From the NCBI GenBank assembly GCA_028289425.1, contig JANQPL010000008.1, positions 30,613 to 94,612 on the forward strand: 64,000 bases of DNA, written 5' to 3'. Each line of letters starts with the position of its first letter. Position 1 is the first letter of the stretch. This stretch comes from Alphaproteobacteria bacterium. Lineage in GTDB: Bacteria > Pseudomonadota > Alphaproteobacteria > JANQMY01. A model generated the notes under the pieces. It was not told the origin of the DNA, did no database searches, and was given only the letters and a program-made list of their open reading frames with translations. Of the stretch, positions 1 through 9,571 are shown piece after piece. The position numbers and the translations under genes were made by a program.

Positions 1-807
1 CCAGCGATGGATCGATTCCATGGAGGCGTTGAAGCCCATGGTCCAGCGCCAGAACAGCGCTGCTCGTTCCGACGCCGTGCCCCGGTCGGAAATCTGCTCT
101 AACTCGCGGTCGCCCCCATACCGCGTGACAGCGAGAATGGTTGCGCCATGCATGGCGAACAGCAACGCCGAGCCGTACAGGAACGCAATCGAGAAACAGT
201 GGAACGGGTTATAGAACAGGTTGCCGTAGGTGATCGAAAACGCATTTGTCCAATCCAGATGCGTGAAGATTCCGAACGGCACCGCTTCCGACCAGCTTCC
301 CATCGCAACTGGACGGATGAAACCCAGGACCAGGTAAAGCCAAATTGCCGACGCAAAGGCCCATGCCGTGTGCGTACCAAGGCCAAGTGCAATCGCCCGG
401 CGATAAGTCCGTACCCACCACAACAGGATGGAAGCGGTCAGGAAGAAGCCGGCAATCAGCCACCAGCCGCCCTCATTCAAGGGCGGAAATATTTTGAGAC
501 CATGCTCGGGTCCCGGAGGATTGAGCGTCAAGTATGGCAGCAATGTAATGAACTTGATCGGATCCCAATCAACCGACGCCCACATGTTGAGGCCGATGAT
601 CTCTATGGCAATGAAACCGAACAGCAAGGACGTAATGCCGGTCCAACCGAGATAGATCGGACCGATTTGCGCATTCCCGATTTTGCCTAGCCAATAGGAA
701 AAGCCGGGATTGCCGGACCGATCGAAATCGGACAAAGGAATTGGAACACCCATTTCCGGTGCTGCACGGACTTGGACTTGAGTGAATATGTTTTGATATC
801 GGGCCAT
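1..807 (-). CDS. pufM: Photosynthetic reaction centre M subunit (3' end cut by window edge)
   Basis: Absent from the ORF track because it runs off the edge. Hand translation of the reverse strand from ATG at 807 gives [54 protein letters not shown]...[50 protein letters not shown], typical of RC-M. It starts 13 nt after the pufL stop. Confidence 0.93.
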   Translation of the reverse strand, partial: MARYQNIFTQVQVRAAPEMGVPIPLSDFDRSGNPGFSYWLGKIGNAQIGPIYLGWTGITSLLFGFIAIEIIGLNMWASVDWDPIKFITLLPYLTLNPPGPEHGLKIFPPLNEGGWWLIAGFFLTASILLWWVRTYRRAIALGLGTHTAWAFASAIWLYLVLGFIRPVAMGSWSEAVPFGIFTHLDWTNAFSITYGNLFYNPFHCFSIAFLYGSALLFAMHGATILAVTRYGGDRELEQISDRGTASERAALFWRWTMGFNASMESIHRW

Positions 808-820
808 GATAATCGCTCTC

Positions 821-1669
821 TTACGGCCATTGGTCGCGGTGTTCGTAGTTCGGATCGAAGATATCCGCCCACGGCATCCACCATTCCTGCCAGGTCAATT
901 CCCAGAAGGGACCTGAAATAACAATACAAACGGCGCTCCAGAATCCGGCATTGAGGGCCAAGAACAAACCCAAACGATGGATACCCAACGGGCCGATCGA
1001 GTAGCCGATGAAATCGCGGAAGAACGTGTCTTCGTGATCCGGAGTTTTCATCGTGTGGCCTTTTCGAGGATTCGCCGCGGAAAGGATCAACGAGCCGTGC
1101 AACGCCAAGGCAAGGGTCGTCGTGAAGAAGAACGTGATGGCGATCATATGCGCCGGGTTGTAGTGAAAATTGCCGTAGGCGTAGCCGGTATTCGATACCC
1201 AATCCAGGTGAGTGAAAATGCCATACGGGAAACCGTGGCCCCATGCGCCCATCATTACGGGTCGAATGACCACCAAGCTCACATAGGCGAAGATTGCAAA
1301 GCTAAACGCAAACGGAATGTGGAAGCCGATACCGAGTTTGCGGCAAATTTCCACTTCGCGCAGCGCCCAAGAACAAAAGGCGCCAATGGCACAGATGGTA
1401 ATCCATTGCCATAAGCCGCCTTCCTTAATCGGCGCGAAACCGAGGCCATACTCAATAGGCGGCGGCTGGATGTCGATGAGCCAAGGATTGAACTCGCCCT
1501 GCAAGGCTGCCCCGTAGAAAATCAGCGCCGTGCCGAGTGAAGCAAAGATGACGGTCGTGACGCCAAAGAACCCGACATAAAAAGGGCCCATCCAATAATC
1601 GAAGAGATCGCCTCCGACGAGGGTGCCCCCACGAACACGATACTTTCGTTCAAAGCTTAGGAGACTCAT
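821..1669 (-). CDS. pufL: Photosynthetic reaction centre L subunit
   Basis: 282 aa. [36 protein letters not shown]... and [40 protein letters not shown] are classic RC-L helices with His ligands. Position pufBA-L-M. Confidence 0.97.
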   Translation of the reverse strand: MSLLSFERKYRVRGGTLVGGDLFDYWMGPFYVGFFGVTTVIFASLGTALIFYGAALQGEFNPWLIDIQPPPIEYGLGFAPIKEGGLWQWITICAIGAFCSWALREVEICRKLGIGFHIPFAFSFAIFAYVSLVVIRPVMMGAWGHGFPYGIFTHLDWVSNTGYAYGNFHYNPAHMIAITFFFTTTLALALHGSLILSAANPRKGHTMKTPDHEDTFFRDFIGYSIGPLGIHRLGLFLALNAGFWSAVCIVISGPFWELTWQEWWMPWADIFDPNYEHRDQWP

Positions 1670-1726
1670 GATGATCTTGCCTTTTTAGATCCGATTCTTG
1701 GACGCACGATACTGTCTTGGCCCGGT

Positions 1727-1794
1727 TTTGTGGGCGGCGCGGTACCATTCATCCGCCCACAAATCATAGATGCCGGCAATTCACATTGCCCGGC
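1727..1794 (-). promoter_or_regulatory. Two intercistronic stem-loops between pufA and pufL (mRNA-stability / partial-terminator type)
   Basis: First hairpin: 11-bp perfect inverted repeat TTTGTGGGCGG (1727-1737) / CCGCCCACAAA (1753-1763) with a 15-nt loop. Second hairpin: GCCGGCAA (1772-1779) / TTGCCCGGC (1786-1794), 8 bp with one bulge. Same position as the known pufA-pufL hairpins of Rhodobacter. Confidence 0.6.
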
Positions 1795-1800
1795 GATTGA

Positions 1801-1986
1801 TCACGTAATCACTTCCTCGGTGATGACCGTCAGCGTCGATGCTTGGGTACCTGCAACACCCTCAATCCAATTGTACCGGTCGGTGCTGAGAAGGATGAAG
1901 TGAATCAGAAGCGCCAGCGTCATCAGGAATATCGCCAAGGCGATCAGAGCGCGCCGCGGATCAAATAGCAGCCAAATCTTATACAT
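1801..1986 (-). CDS. pufA: Light-harvesting 1 (B870) alpha polypeptide
   Basis: 61 aa. [40 protein letters not shown] matches the LH1-alpha signature (KIWxxFDPRR ... AxxIHxxLLST..NW). Confidence 0.9.
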   Translation of the reverse strand: MYKIWLLFDPRRALIALAIFLMTLALLIHFILLSTDRYNWIEGVAGTQASTLTVITEEVIT

Positions 1987-1999
1987 ATCTTCTAACTCC

Positions 2000-2230
2000 T
2001 TAGACGATGAATGTTGTCAACACGGTGTGCGCAAGAGAGCTCACATCTTCGACAGGGGCACTCGATTCAAGAGCGGGGAACCATGGCCGCCAGAACCAAA
2101 CGAGCATGTGCGCAACAATGGCAATCACCGTAAAAATGATGAAGCTCGTCATGAAGATTGAGTGGAACTCCTTGGCCTCCTGATCGGTAAGCCCGGTAAG
2201 AGTTCCGGTTTGTTCGTCGCGTATAGCCAT
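2000..2230 (-). CDS. pufB: Light-harvesting 1 beta polypeptide with a 25-residue C-terminal extension
   Basis: 76 aa. [41 protein letters not shown] is the LH1-beta core (EFH ... AH..VW.WRPW). AAGGAGG Shine-Dalgarno at 2237-2243. Confidence 0.9.
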   Translation of the reverse strand: MAIRDEQTGTLTGLTDQEAKEFHSIFMTSFIIFTVIAIVAHMLVWFWRPWFPALESSAPVEDVSSLAHTVLTTFIV

Positions 2231-2370
2231 ATGTTACCTCCTTAGTGGCTTTGGCCTTGACGTCGCTGAGCGCGGATCAGACATACTCAACAAAAGTGCG
2301 ATGCTGGCCGCGCCGTTCCCGGTTCCGGACTCGTCCGGCCGTAGAGAATATTCCGTATACACATGATCGG

Positions 2371-3822
2371 TCATGCTGCCTGCCCCTTCTTGAATATCTG
2401 TTGGGCTTCGCACACATGATCGATCGTGACGTGGGATTCCCCAGCCTCGCGCGCATGCCGCTCTGCTGCATCTCGCAGCCGTTTCGCGGCGGAAATTCTG
2501 ATGAGAATCGGTTGGGCTTCGACAAACTCGTCGAAACTCCGCTTGGCGTCTTCGTCCCAAGGAATCTCGCGGACGATGCGTGCCGGCGTTGCGTCGACCT
2601 CATCGAGCCCGACACTCAGCGGCAGAATGTCGAACAACGCATCAAAAAGAGCGTTGCACACTTCTTGAACCACATAGGTCGCGCCCGCATAGCCCATAAA
2701 AGGCGTGCCGGTGTGGCGGCGAACGATGGCCCCTGGGAAGGATGCGGGCATGTAGCGAGCGCGGCTGCCGCATTCCGCCATATACATGCGCTCGTTATAG
2801 CTGCCGAACAGAATAAGCGGCGGCGTTTCGCGGATCGCGCTTCGCACCGCCTCATTGTCCGGTTTGACGCCGGCCGTGCGGGCAAATGCGAATGTGCAAG
2901 GCAAACCAAGGTCCGCTTCCAAGAAACTCCGCAGGCCCCGCGCATAGGTCTCTGTCGCGACTATTCCGAAGCTTGCCGTGCCGAAAAAGTCTTGGGTCAC
3001 AGAGCGCCAAAGGTCCCAAATGGGTTTGATGGTCGTGTGTTTTTCCTGCTCGATAAACGGTTCGGGATCGACACCGGTCAATTCACCAAGCTTGCGTAAG
3101 AACCGTGTCGTGGAATCGAGCCCGATCGGCGCTTGCAGATAAGGCCGCTCTAAGGTCTCGCAAAGATTGCGCCCAAACTCGCGGTACATGCAGATGTTCA
3201 CATCGGCATCCGCAAGTTTTCGAATATCGGCAAGGTGGCTCCCCAGAGGGAAGACCATGTTGACCTCAACGCCGACGCCTTCTATCAGCCGGCGAATTTC
3301 GGCCAGGTCCGAGGGCATGTTGAACGTGCCATACATCGGGCCGATGATATTCACCTTCGGTGGTACGCCCTCTTTGCGGGGCTTCAGTTTGGGCACCTTC
3401 TTCGGCCCGAATTGTTTCCAGAGCCAAGTAAGCGCGCGATCCGCGCTTTGCCACTGATCTTCGTCGATGGTGCGCGGCAGAAAACGTTGGATGTTTGTTC
3501 CTTCCGGCGTAACGCCGCCGCCGATCATTTCGGCAATGGAGCCCGTTACCACGACGGCGGGCAAATCCGGATCGAGCGTCGTCCAGGCGCGCTTCATGGC
3601 GCCCTCGGTTCCGACCTGGCCTAGTTCCTCTTCGCCCAAACCGGTGACCACGATCGGCAATTCGTGGGGCGGCAAACCGTCTGTGTAATGAAGAACAGAG
3701 GTCACCGGCAAGTTCTCACAGCCAACCGGCCCATCAATGATGACCTGCAGCCCCTTGATGGCCGTAAAGGCGTAGACCGACCCCCAATAGCCGCCGGCGC
3801 GATCGTGATCGACCACTAACAT
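2371..3822 (-). CDS. bchZ: Chlorophyllide a reductase subunit Z
   Basis: [62 protein letters not shown]... Start placed at the ATG at 3822, which overlaps the bchY stop. The track ORF extends to 3912. Confidence 0.94.
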   Translation of the reverse strand: MLVVDHDRAGGYWGSVYAFTAIKGLQVIIDGPVGCENLPVTSVLHYTDGLPPHELPIVVTGLGEEELGQVGTEGAMKRAWTTLDPDLPAVVVTGSIAEMIGGGVTPEGTNIQRFLPRTIDEDQWQSADRALTWLWKQFGPKKVPKLKPRKEGVPPKVNIIGPMYGTFNMPSDLAEIRRLIEGVGVEVNMVFPLGSHLADIRKLADADVNICMYREFGRNLCETLERPYLQAPIGLDSTTRFLRKLGELTGVDPEPFIEQEKHTTIKPIWDLWRSVTQDFFGTASFGIVATETYARGLRSFLEADLGLPCTFAFARTAGVKPDNEAVRSAIRETPPLILFGSYNERMYMAECGSRARYMPASFPGAIVRRHTGTPFMGYAGATYVVQEVCNALFDALFDILPLSVGLDEVDATPARIVREIPWDEDAKRSFDEFVEAQPILIRISAAKRLRDAAERHAREAGESHVTIDHVCEAQQIFKKGQAA

Positions 3823-5435
3823 CCGACCGCCTCCTGTGCTTTTTCGGCCGCAGCGCGTTGTTTGGCGAACTTCGCCTTGAATTCGGGCCGGTCCGTAGGC
3901 ATGCCCTCCCAAACACCCGCGGCATGACCTTCGCCGACGCCTTCGAAGAAATTCCGCATACGGTCGAAACGGGATTGATTTGCCAGCGCGGCATTAACGA
4001 CCTGCGCCAGCGAACCGGCACCGGCCGGGCCCATGAGCGGTCGCGCAGAGATCAAATTCGTGAAATAGAGCGCCGGCCGCTGCCGTTCTTTCACATGCTG
4101 AACGACCGGTGTGGTGCCAATCGCCAGGTCGGGATCGAACTCTTCGAAAGCGGCAAGATCCTGCTCAAGCGAGGCGCGATACTGAACCCGGACGCCGCGC
4201 GCTTCGAGCCATTCCCTGTCGGGATCGGACCAGGGTGTTCGTGGACAGGCAGTTCCGACATAAGGCACGGTGGCCCCGCTTTCGATGAGCAGCCGTGCCA
4301 CTAGCAATTCCGATCCCTCATAACCGGACAGCGTGATGCGCCCTTTGATAGGCGCCTGTGACAAGGCACCCGAGATCGCGCCCGCCATGGCGTTTTTCGC
4401 CGCATCCACCTTCGCTTGCGCGATACCGACCGTCTGCCCCACCGCCTCAAGCCAGGCCACGGTTCCGTCCAAACCAACCGGTGCGGACGGAATTATCGCC
4501 CGTCCGGCGGCTTCGAATTCGCGGATGGACGCCTTGTAAAAGGGATGGATCGCGGCGACGGCCGCACAATCAAGCGCCGCATAGAGTTCCCGCCATTCCC
4601 GTGTCGGCACGACCGGCCCGGCGGCCAAGCCCAACGGCTTGAGCATGGCGTTGATGCCCACCGGATCCGCGGGGAACATTTCACCCAATAGCGAAATTGT
4701 CGGGAGGTCGACCCGCTCCTTCGGCGCGGCCACCGCTCCAGCTTCGGCTTCCTGACGGGCATAGTTCAGCATTGCCCCCGCCAGCACGTCCTTTGCTTCC
4801 GCATGAGTGGGAACGCCGAACCCCGGCACATCGATTCCGACAATGCGAACGCCGTTGATCTCCTTGGGCAGGAGCTGCAAGGGCACGCCGGAGGCGGTCG
4901 GCACACAGAGATTGGTCACCACAACCGTGTCGTACTGTTCGGGATCCGCCAGATCGTACACCGCCTCGCGAATGTCTTCGAACAGCTTGCCCGTTACCAA
5001 GGTTTCCGAATTGAACGGCACATAGCCTACCGAGCGGCGCGCACCGTAGAAGTGAGACGTAAACGTCAAGCCGTAGACACAGCAGGCGGACCCGGACAGG
5101 ACGGTCGCCGTCCGCCGCATGCGCAAACCCACCCGCAGAGATCCGAAGGCGGGACACATGCTTTGAGGTTGGTCATGCGGGCCGACCGGATAGTCTTCCG
5201 CATACCGATCAAGAATTTCGGATTTCCCGGCGGCACTCGCCTTCGCCTTAAGCTGCTCGGCGCCCGCATGGCATCCAAGACCATCCGCCGTTTCGACGGC
5301 GCTGTCGGAAGGGGCCGACGCGGCGGGTTGCGCGGTCTGATCGCCATTCGACAAGGGGGTGCTTGCCGCATCGTCATACACCGCTTCGCGGGCCGCCCCT
5401 TCGTTTGAATAGATGACCGTCATCGTCGTGCTCAA
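3816..5435 (-). CDS. bchY: Chlorophyllide a reductase subunit Y
   Basis: 539 aa with [69 protein letters not shown] at 5435 overlaps the bchX stop (TTGA). Alternative ATG at 5423. Confidence 0.94.
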   Translation of the reverse strand: MSTTMTVIYSNEGAAREAVYDDAASTPLSNGDQTAQPAASAPSDSAVETADGLGCHAGAEQLKAKASAAGKSEILDRYAEDYPVGPHDQPQSMCPAFGSLRVGLRMRRTATVLSGSACCVYGLTFTSHFYGARRSVGYVPFNSETLVTGKLFEDIREAVYDLADPEQYDTVVVTNLCVPTASGVPLQLLPKEINGVRIVGIDVPGFGVPTHAEAKDVLAGAMLNYARQEAEAGAVAAPKERVDLPTISLLGEMFPADPVGINAMLKPLGLAAGPVVPTREWRELYAALDCAAVAAIHPFYKASIREFEAAGRAIIPSAPVGLDGTVAWLEAVGQTVGIAQAKVDAAKNAMAGAISGALSQAPIKGRITLSGYEGSELLVARLLIESGATVPYVGTACPRTPWSDPDREWLEARGVRVQYRASLEQDLAAFEEFDPDLAIGTTPVVQHVKERQRPALYFTNLISARPLMGPAGAGSLAQVVNAALANQSRFDRMRNFFEGVGEGHAAGVWEGMPTDRPEFKAKFAKQRAAAEKAQEAVGC

Positions 5436-6421
5436 ACCTCGTCGTAAATGACTTCGAGAGATTGTTTCTCCACAAAGTTCGCGCCGCGCATGTCGGCCAC
5501 GGAAGCGGGCTGAAGGTCGAAATCGGCGCCCGTTTCTTCCGGTGAGAACAAGCCGAGCAACTGGTCGGAGGTCAGCGGTGTCGGCTGCAGGGGCGGCGCT
5601 TCGGCCACATTCACGGCCAGATCCTCAAACATCGGCCCCCAGGACGTGTCGGGCTTGCCGATGATCTGGTAGTTGGCCGACTTCCGCCGAATTTCTTCAT
5701 GGGCGGGGATGGCGGATAGAATCGGAATATCGACGGCTTTGGCAAACGCAGCAGCTTCGCCGGTGCCGTCATCCTTATTGACCACCATGCCGGCCACACC
5801 CACATTGCCGCCCAGCTTGCGGAAATATTCGACGGCGGAACAAACATTGTTCGCTACATAAAGCGACTGCATGTCGTTGGACGCGACGACGATTACCTTC
5901 TGGCACATGTCCCGCGCGATGGGCAGGCCAAACCCGCCGCACACCACGTCGCCCAGGAAATCGAGCAGAACATAGTCGAAGTCCCATTCGTGGAAGCCGA
6001 GTTTTTCAAGCGTCTCGAATCCATGAATGATGCCGCGGCCGCCGCATCCGCGGCCCACTTCCGGTCCCCCCAATTCCATGGCGAAGACACCGTCCCGTTT
6101 GAAACAAACGTCTTCGATCGCCACGTCTTCGCCCGCCAGCTTCTTTTTCGACGAGGTTTCGATGATGGTGGGACAGGAACGGCCGCCAAAAAGCAGCGAG
6201 GTGGTATCGCTTTTGGGATCACAGCCGATCAGCAAGACCCGCTTGCCGAGTTGAGCCATCATGTAACTCAGATTGGACAGGGTGAAACTCTTGCCGATGC
6301 CACCCTTTCCATAGATTGCGATGATTTGCGTTTCTTTGGTCGGCTCACCGACCGGCACCGGATCCGGCTCGATCGCAGCTTCTTCACGCAGTTTCTTGTC
6401 GGCAAAAATCGAGACGCTCAT
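5432..6421 (-). CDS. bchX: Chlorophyllide a reductase iron protein subunit X
   Basis: 329 aa. [42 protein letters not shown] and CGGFGLPI show NifH/BchL-like P-loop and Cys ligands. Gene order bchC-X-Y-Z. Confidence 0.97.
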   Translation of the reverse strand: MSVSIFADKKLREEAAIEPDPVPVGEPTKETQIIAIYGKGGIGKSFTLSNLSYMMAQLGKRVLLIGCDPKSDTTSLLFGGRSCPTIIETSSKKKLAGEDVAIEDVCFKRDGVFAMELGGPEVGRGCGGRGIIHGFETLEKLGFHEWDFDYVLLDFLGDVVCGGFGLPIARDMCQKVIVVASNDMQSLYVANNVCSAVEYFRKLGGNVGVAGMVVNKDDGTGEAAAFAKAVDIPILSAIPAHEEIRRKSANYQIIGKPDTSWGPMFEDLAVNVAEAPPLQPTPLTSDQLLGLFSPEETGADFDLQPASVADMRGANFVEKQSLEVIYDEV

Positions 6422-7389
6422 GCGTCACCTCTCCAATCGATTATCATTTTGAGACATTCCGGATCGTTGAAAGCCGTCTTGTAGGCTTCTTCCGCGTCCG
6501 TCACCGAACGGTGATGGGTGATCAATCCGTCTAAAGACAACCGTCCATCGCCGATGGCATCCGTAACCGCGACCAAGTCTTCAGGATCCCACTCTGCGGC
6601 GACCCGAATGGTCGCTTCTTTCATAAAGGCCGGCGGGAATTTGAAGCTGAGCGGCGCACTGTAGAACCCTGCAAGGATGATCTGTCCGCGCCGGTCCATC
6701 GCGCCAATGGCACGATCCAAAACGCTCGAATCGCCGCTTGCGTCGCAAACGCACCGATAATCCGACCGGTCGTCCGTATCAGGATGAATAATGCGGTAAT
6801 CCGACCGTTTGCCCCGACGGGCTTCATTCGTTTCCCAGACCGTTGGCGCCGGAAAACCTTCCGCCATGACGATGCGGGCAATCAGCCGTCCCAAGACGCC
6901 GTGGCCGATCACCAGATCAGGGGCATTCCCCGTTCCTGCAGCCGCGGCGGCATGGCGTGCCGTCGCGGCCAGCGCAATAAGAACGCCTTTCTCCGCGATT
7001 GAGTCGGGAAGCGCAACCAGACGATCCCCGGGCACAATGAGATGGTGTGCCGACGCCCCGAACAATCCGCGTGCATCTTCGAAACAACTGGCACCGGGAA
7101 TGAACACATGGTCGCCAGGGCTCACCCCTGCGTCTGGACCCGCATCGATGACGCGGCCCACGGACTCATATCCGGGCACGAGGGGATATCCCATCCCGGG
7201 AAAGGGGGGCATGTCGCCCGACCACAAAAGGCGCTCAGTACCGGTGCTGATTCCGCTCCAATCGACTTCGATGACAGCATCTGCCGCTTCTGCCGGTTTG
7301 AGCGTCAGGTGCCGCAGATCTAGCTTGTTCGGTTCATCGACAACGATCGCAAGGGTCTTGTTTTTTTCCCAGGTCATGTCTGCTTTCAC
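6418..7389 (-). CDS. bchC: 3-hydroxyethyl bacteriochlorophyllide a dehydrogenase
   Basis: MDR/Zn-ADH-like: DWSGISTGTERLLWSGDMPPFPGMGYPLVPGYESVGRVIDAG. ATGA overlap with bchX. Start uncertain: GTG at 7389 or ATG at 7377. Confidence 0.92.
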   Translation of the reverse strand: MKADMTWEKNKTLAIVVDEPNKLDLRHLTLKPAEAADAVIEVDWSGISTGTERLLWSGDMPPFPGMGYPLVPGYESVGRVIDAGPDAGVSPGDHVFIPGASCFEDARGLFGASAHHLIVPGDRLVALPDSIAEKGVLIALAATARHAAAAAGTGNAPDLVIGHGVLGRLIARIVMAEGFPAPTVWETNEARRGKRSDYRIIHPDTDDRSDYRCVCDASGDSSVLDRAIGAMDRRGQIILAGFYSAPLSFKFPPAFMKEATIRVAAEWDPEDLVAVTDAIGDGRLSLDGLITHHRSVTDAEEAYKTAFNDPECLKMIIDWRGDA

Positions 7390-7422
7390 CGTTGGCGGAC
7401 CGATGTTTCCACCACCGCAACT

Positions 7423-7466
7423 TGTCAGCTTAGAGTGACAGTTAGAAGTGTCAAGTTTTTTGTACA
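7423..7466. promoter_or_regulatory. Twin PpsR/CrtJ operator overlapping a sigma70-like bchC promoter
   Basis: TGTCAGCTTAGAGTGACA (7423-7440) and TGTCAAGTTTTTTGTACA (7449-7466) are both perfect TGT-N12-ACA with an 8-bp spacer. On the minus strand the distal box ends in TTGACA, followed after 16 nt by TAAGCT. This is the classic Rhodobacter bchC operator layout. Confidence 0.8.
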
Positions 7467-7485
7467 GTTGGTTCGGATCAGCACT

Positions 7486-8583
7486 TCACCGCTCTGCACT
7501 GATCAGGCCCACGACGAGCGGCAGGCGGGTATGGTGCTCGCGAATCCGCTGAAAACCGGCTTTTTTAAGCATCGATCGGAGCTCGTCAAAGGTCCTTGGC
7601 CGCCCCTGACCCATGGCCAGCAGATAGAGGCCGAAATAGGCATCTCCCACCCGCTTTGCGTGCATAGCTTGCGCCAAGGGCTCTGCGATAAGCAGCGTCC
7701 CGCCTGGCGGCAAATAGTCGTAAACCCGCTTCAGCAGATGGAGCGCCGGCCCATCGTCATGATCGTGGATAATCCGCACCAGGGTGACGACGTCAGCGTT
7801 GCCCGGGAAAGGATCCGAAAAGAAATCCCCCCCAACCGCGGAAACCCGGGAGCATCTGGATTGGTCGACACGCCCGGCAACCGGCGGCAGGTCGAAAACA
7901 GTTGCCGTCAAATTTTGACACCGTTCCGCGACGGCAAACGCAAAGACGCCGGCGCCGCCGCCCACGTCCAGTAACTGGCGGTAGCCGTCAAAGGAATAGG
8001 CATCCAATACCTCCCGCGAGATCATGGCCTGGGTCTCAGCCATCAGGCCGGTGTAGGCATCAACCTCGGTGGATTGGTCCGGACGCATCGCGTCGTACGC
8101 CCAGAACTGTCTAAGCTCCGTGCCCGTGGTTTCGCCCTTCAGCAGCGCGACCGGATCCGCGAGATCCCGATAAAGCGCTGCATGGTGTTCGATCATCACT
8201 CTCAAAGAGGGATTGCCGAGCAAGGCAGCGCCCAAAGGTCCCAACGCATATTCATTTGGGGCAACGGCTTCCGTAAGTTTTAGGGAAGCGGCCGCCTTGA
8301 GCAGCCGCTCCGTTGCATCAGGTGTAAGCCCAATCTGGGAGGACATATCGGAGACGGAATGCGTGCCTGCCGCCATCCGATCGAGTACCCCCAACCGCAC
8401 GCATGAAAGCAAGATCTGCGAGTACACAAACCCGGCAACCACGTCGAAAAGAGCCGCCGCATTGCGGCGTGCCGCGATTCTTGTCAACGGAAAACCGGCC
8501 GCCCAGCGCTGAAAACCGGGATTTGACAACAGAGAATTGCGAAACCGGACCCAACGGCGTTTTAGCGCCGGTGCGACCGCCAT
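7486..8583 (-). CDS. crtF: Demethylspheroidene / hydroxycarotenoid O-methyltransferase
   Basis: Class-I O-MT: LLDVGGGAGVFAFAVAERCQNLTATVFDLPPV with an N-terminal dimerisation-like domain. Lies between crtE and bchC. Start taken at the ATG at 8583, 5 nt after the crtE stop. The track ORF extends to 8676. Confidence 0.9.
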   Translation of the reverse strand: MAVAPALKRRWVRFRNSLLSNPGFQRWAAGFPLTRIAARRNAAALFDVVAGFVYSQILLSCVRLGVLDRMAAGTHSVSDMSSQIGLTPDATERLLKAAASLKLTEAVAPNEYALGPLGAALLGNPSLRVMIEHHAALYRDLADPVALLKGETTGTELRQFWAYDAMRPDQSTEVDAYTGLMAETQAMISREVLDAYSFDGYRQLLDVGGGAGVFAFAVAERCQNLTATVFDLPPVAGRVDQSRCSRVSAVGGDFFSDPFPGNADVVTLVRIIHDHDDGPALHLLKRVYDYLPPGGTLLIAEPLAQAMHAKRVGDAYFGLYLLAMGQGRPRTFDELRSMLKKAGFQRIREHHTRLPLVVGLISAER

Positions 8584-8588
8584 CCAAC

Positions 8589-9458
8589 CTAGGCCGCTGT
8601 GCGCACCAGTCCGTCTGGCGCGAGCCGTTTCGCCTGAACACGGACGATATTCGCCAAGTCGGAAGCGCCGGGACAAATGGGAATAGAGGCGACGGCTTCG
8701 TCCACCAAAGACTTTAGCCTGTCCACCGCGCCCAGCAGCCCAAGTTCACTGACGGCATTTGGACGGTCATGAATGACGTCTTGGCCCAGAGGTTTATCCG
8801 CCGCGCTTGCATCGCCCGCCGCATCGTAAAGGTCGTCAGCAATCTGATAAGCTTCGCCGATCTTTTCGCCCAACAAACGCCATGAGCCCGGATCGCGCCC
8901 GCTTGCCAGGGCGCCACACATTGTGGCGGTTACGAAAAGCGCACCGGTTTTTTGCCGGCGGCAAATCTCTGCAGTCGCCCCTTGTTCGGTTTCCCAAGCC
9001 TGACCCGCGGCAATGCCAGCCGGCATGCCCGTGCCACGGGCAACGGCGGTAATGATCGCACCGAGACGTTCGGGGGCAGACGCCGCCGACCGGCCAAGTG
9101 TTTCGAAGGCCAGCACGATCAGAGCGTCACCTGCAAGCAACGCCGTCGATTCGCCGTAGGCTGAATGAACCGAGGCGCGGCCCCGCCGTGTATCGGCATT
9201 GTCGAAACAGGGCATGTCATCGTGCACAAGGGAAGCGCAGTGCAGCAGTTCAATCGCGGCCGCGGTGGCAAGGGCCGTTTTCGGTGCATCACATTCACAT
9301 GCTTGTGCAACTGCAAGTGTCAATTGGGGCCGGACCCGGGCGCCGCCCGGGAAAACCGCATGGCGCATAGCGGCGGCCAAAGTGGGTGGTGCGGCCTCGT
9401 CCGTTACCCGAGAGACCACTTCTTCCAGCGTTTGCTCGATCCGCGATAGTGATTCCAT
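8589..9458 (-). CDS. crtE: Geranylgeranyl diphosphate synthase
   Basis: 289 aa. Asp-rich motifs LVHDDMPCFDNADTRRG and YQIADDLYD. Position upstream of crtF. Confidence 0.93.
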   Translation of the reverse strand: MESLSRIEQTLEEVVSRVTDEAAPPTLAAAMRHAVFPGGARVRPQLTLAVAQACECDAPKTALATAAAIELLHCASLVHDDMPCFDNADTRRGRASVHSAYGESTALLAGDALIVLAFETLGRSAASAPERLGAIITAVARGTGMPAGIAAGQAWETEQGATAEICRRQKTGALFVTATMCGALASGRDPGSWRLLGEKIGEAYQIADDLYDAAGDASAADKPLGQDVIHDRPNAVSELGLLGAVDRLKSLVDEAVASIPICPGASDLANIVRVQAKRLAPDGLVRTAA

Positions 9459-9479
9459 GGCCGTTTCCCTTCGCGCTGG

Positions 9480-9523
9480 TGTAAATCTGGTTTGTCACCC
9501 TTATGTGTCAATAAGACTGGACA
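9480..9523. promoter_or_regulatory. PpsR/CrtJ operator pair in the divergent crtE / crtD promoter region (one perfect, one degenerate)
   Basis: TGTCAATAAGACTGGACA (9506-9523) is perfect TGT-N12-ACA. Exactly 8 bp upstream lies TGTAAATCTGGTTTGTCA (9480-9497, TGT-N12-TCA). The minus strand carries TTGACA at the end of the perfect box. Confidence 0.6.
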
Positions 9524-9571
9524 CTTTTTTCCTTTTAGTCAATTGTATTTAGGCAGAAAAGGAAGACGAGC

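Noticed and set aside
2231-2370. pufQ between bchZ and pufB
   Set aside because: Only 140 nt are available, and the one ORF there (46 codons) is hydrophilic and unlike PufQ. It is reported as a low-interest finding, not as pufQ.
2245-3099. 284-aa plus-strand ORF (and similar ones at 2616-2945 and 3235-3624) overlapping bchZ
   Set aside because: It lies antisense to a confidently identified gene. The translation is Arg/Ala/Gly-rich and low-complexity with no recognisable motif, which is typical of shadow ORFs in GC-rich DNA.
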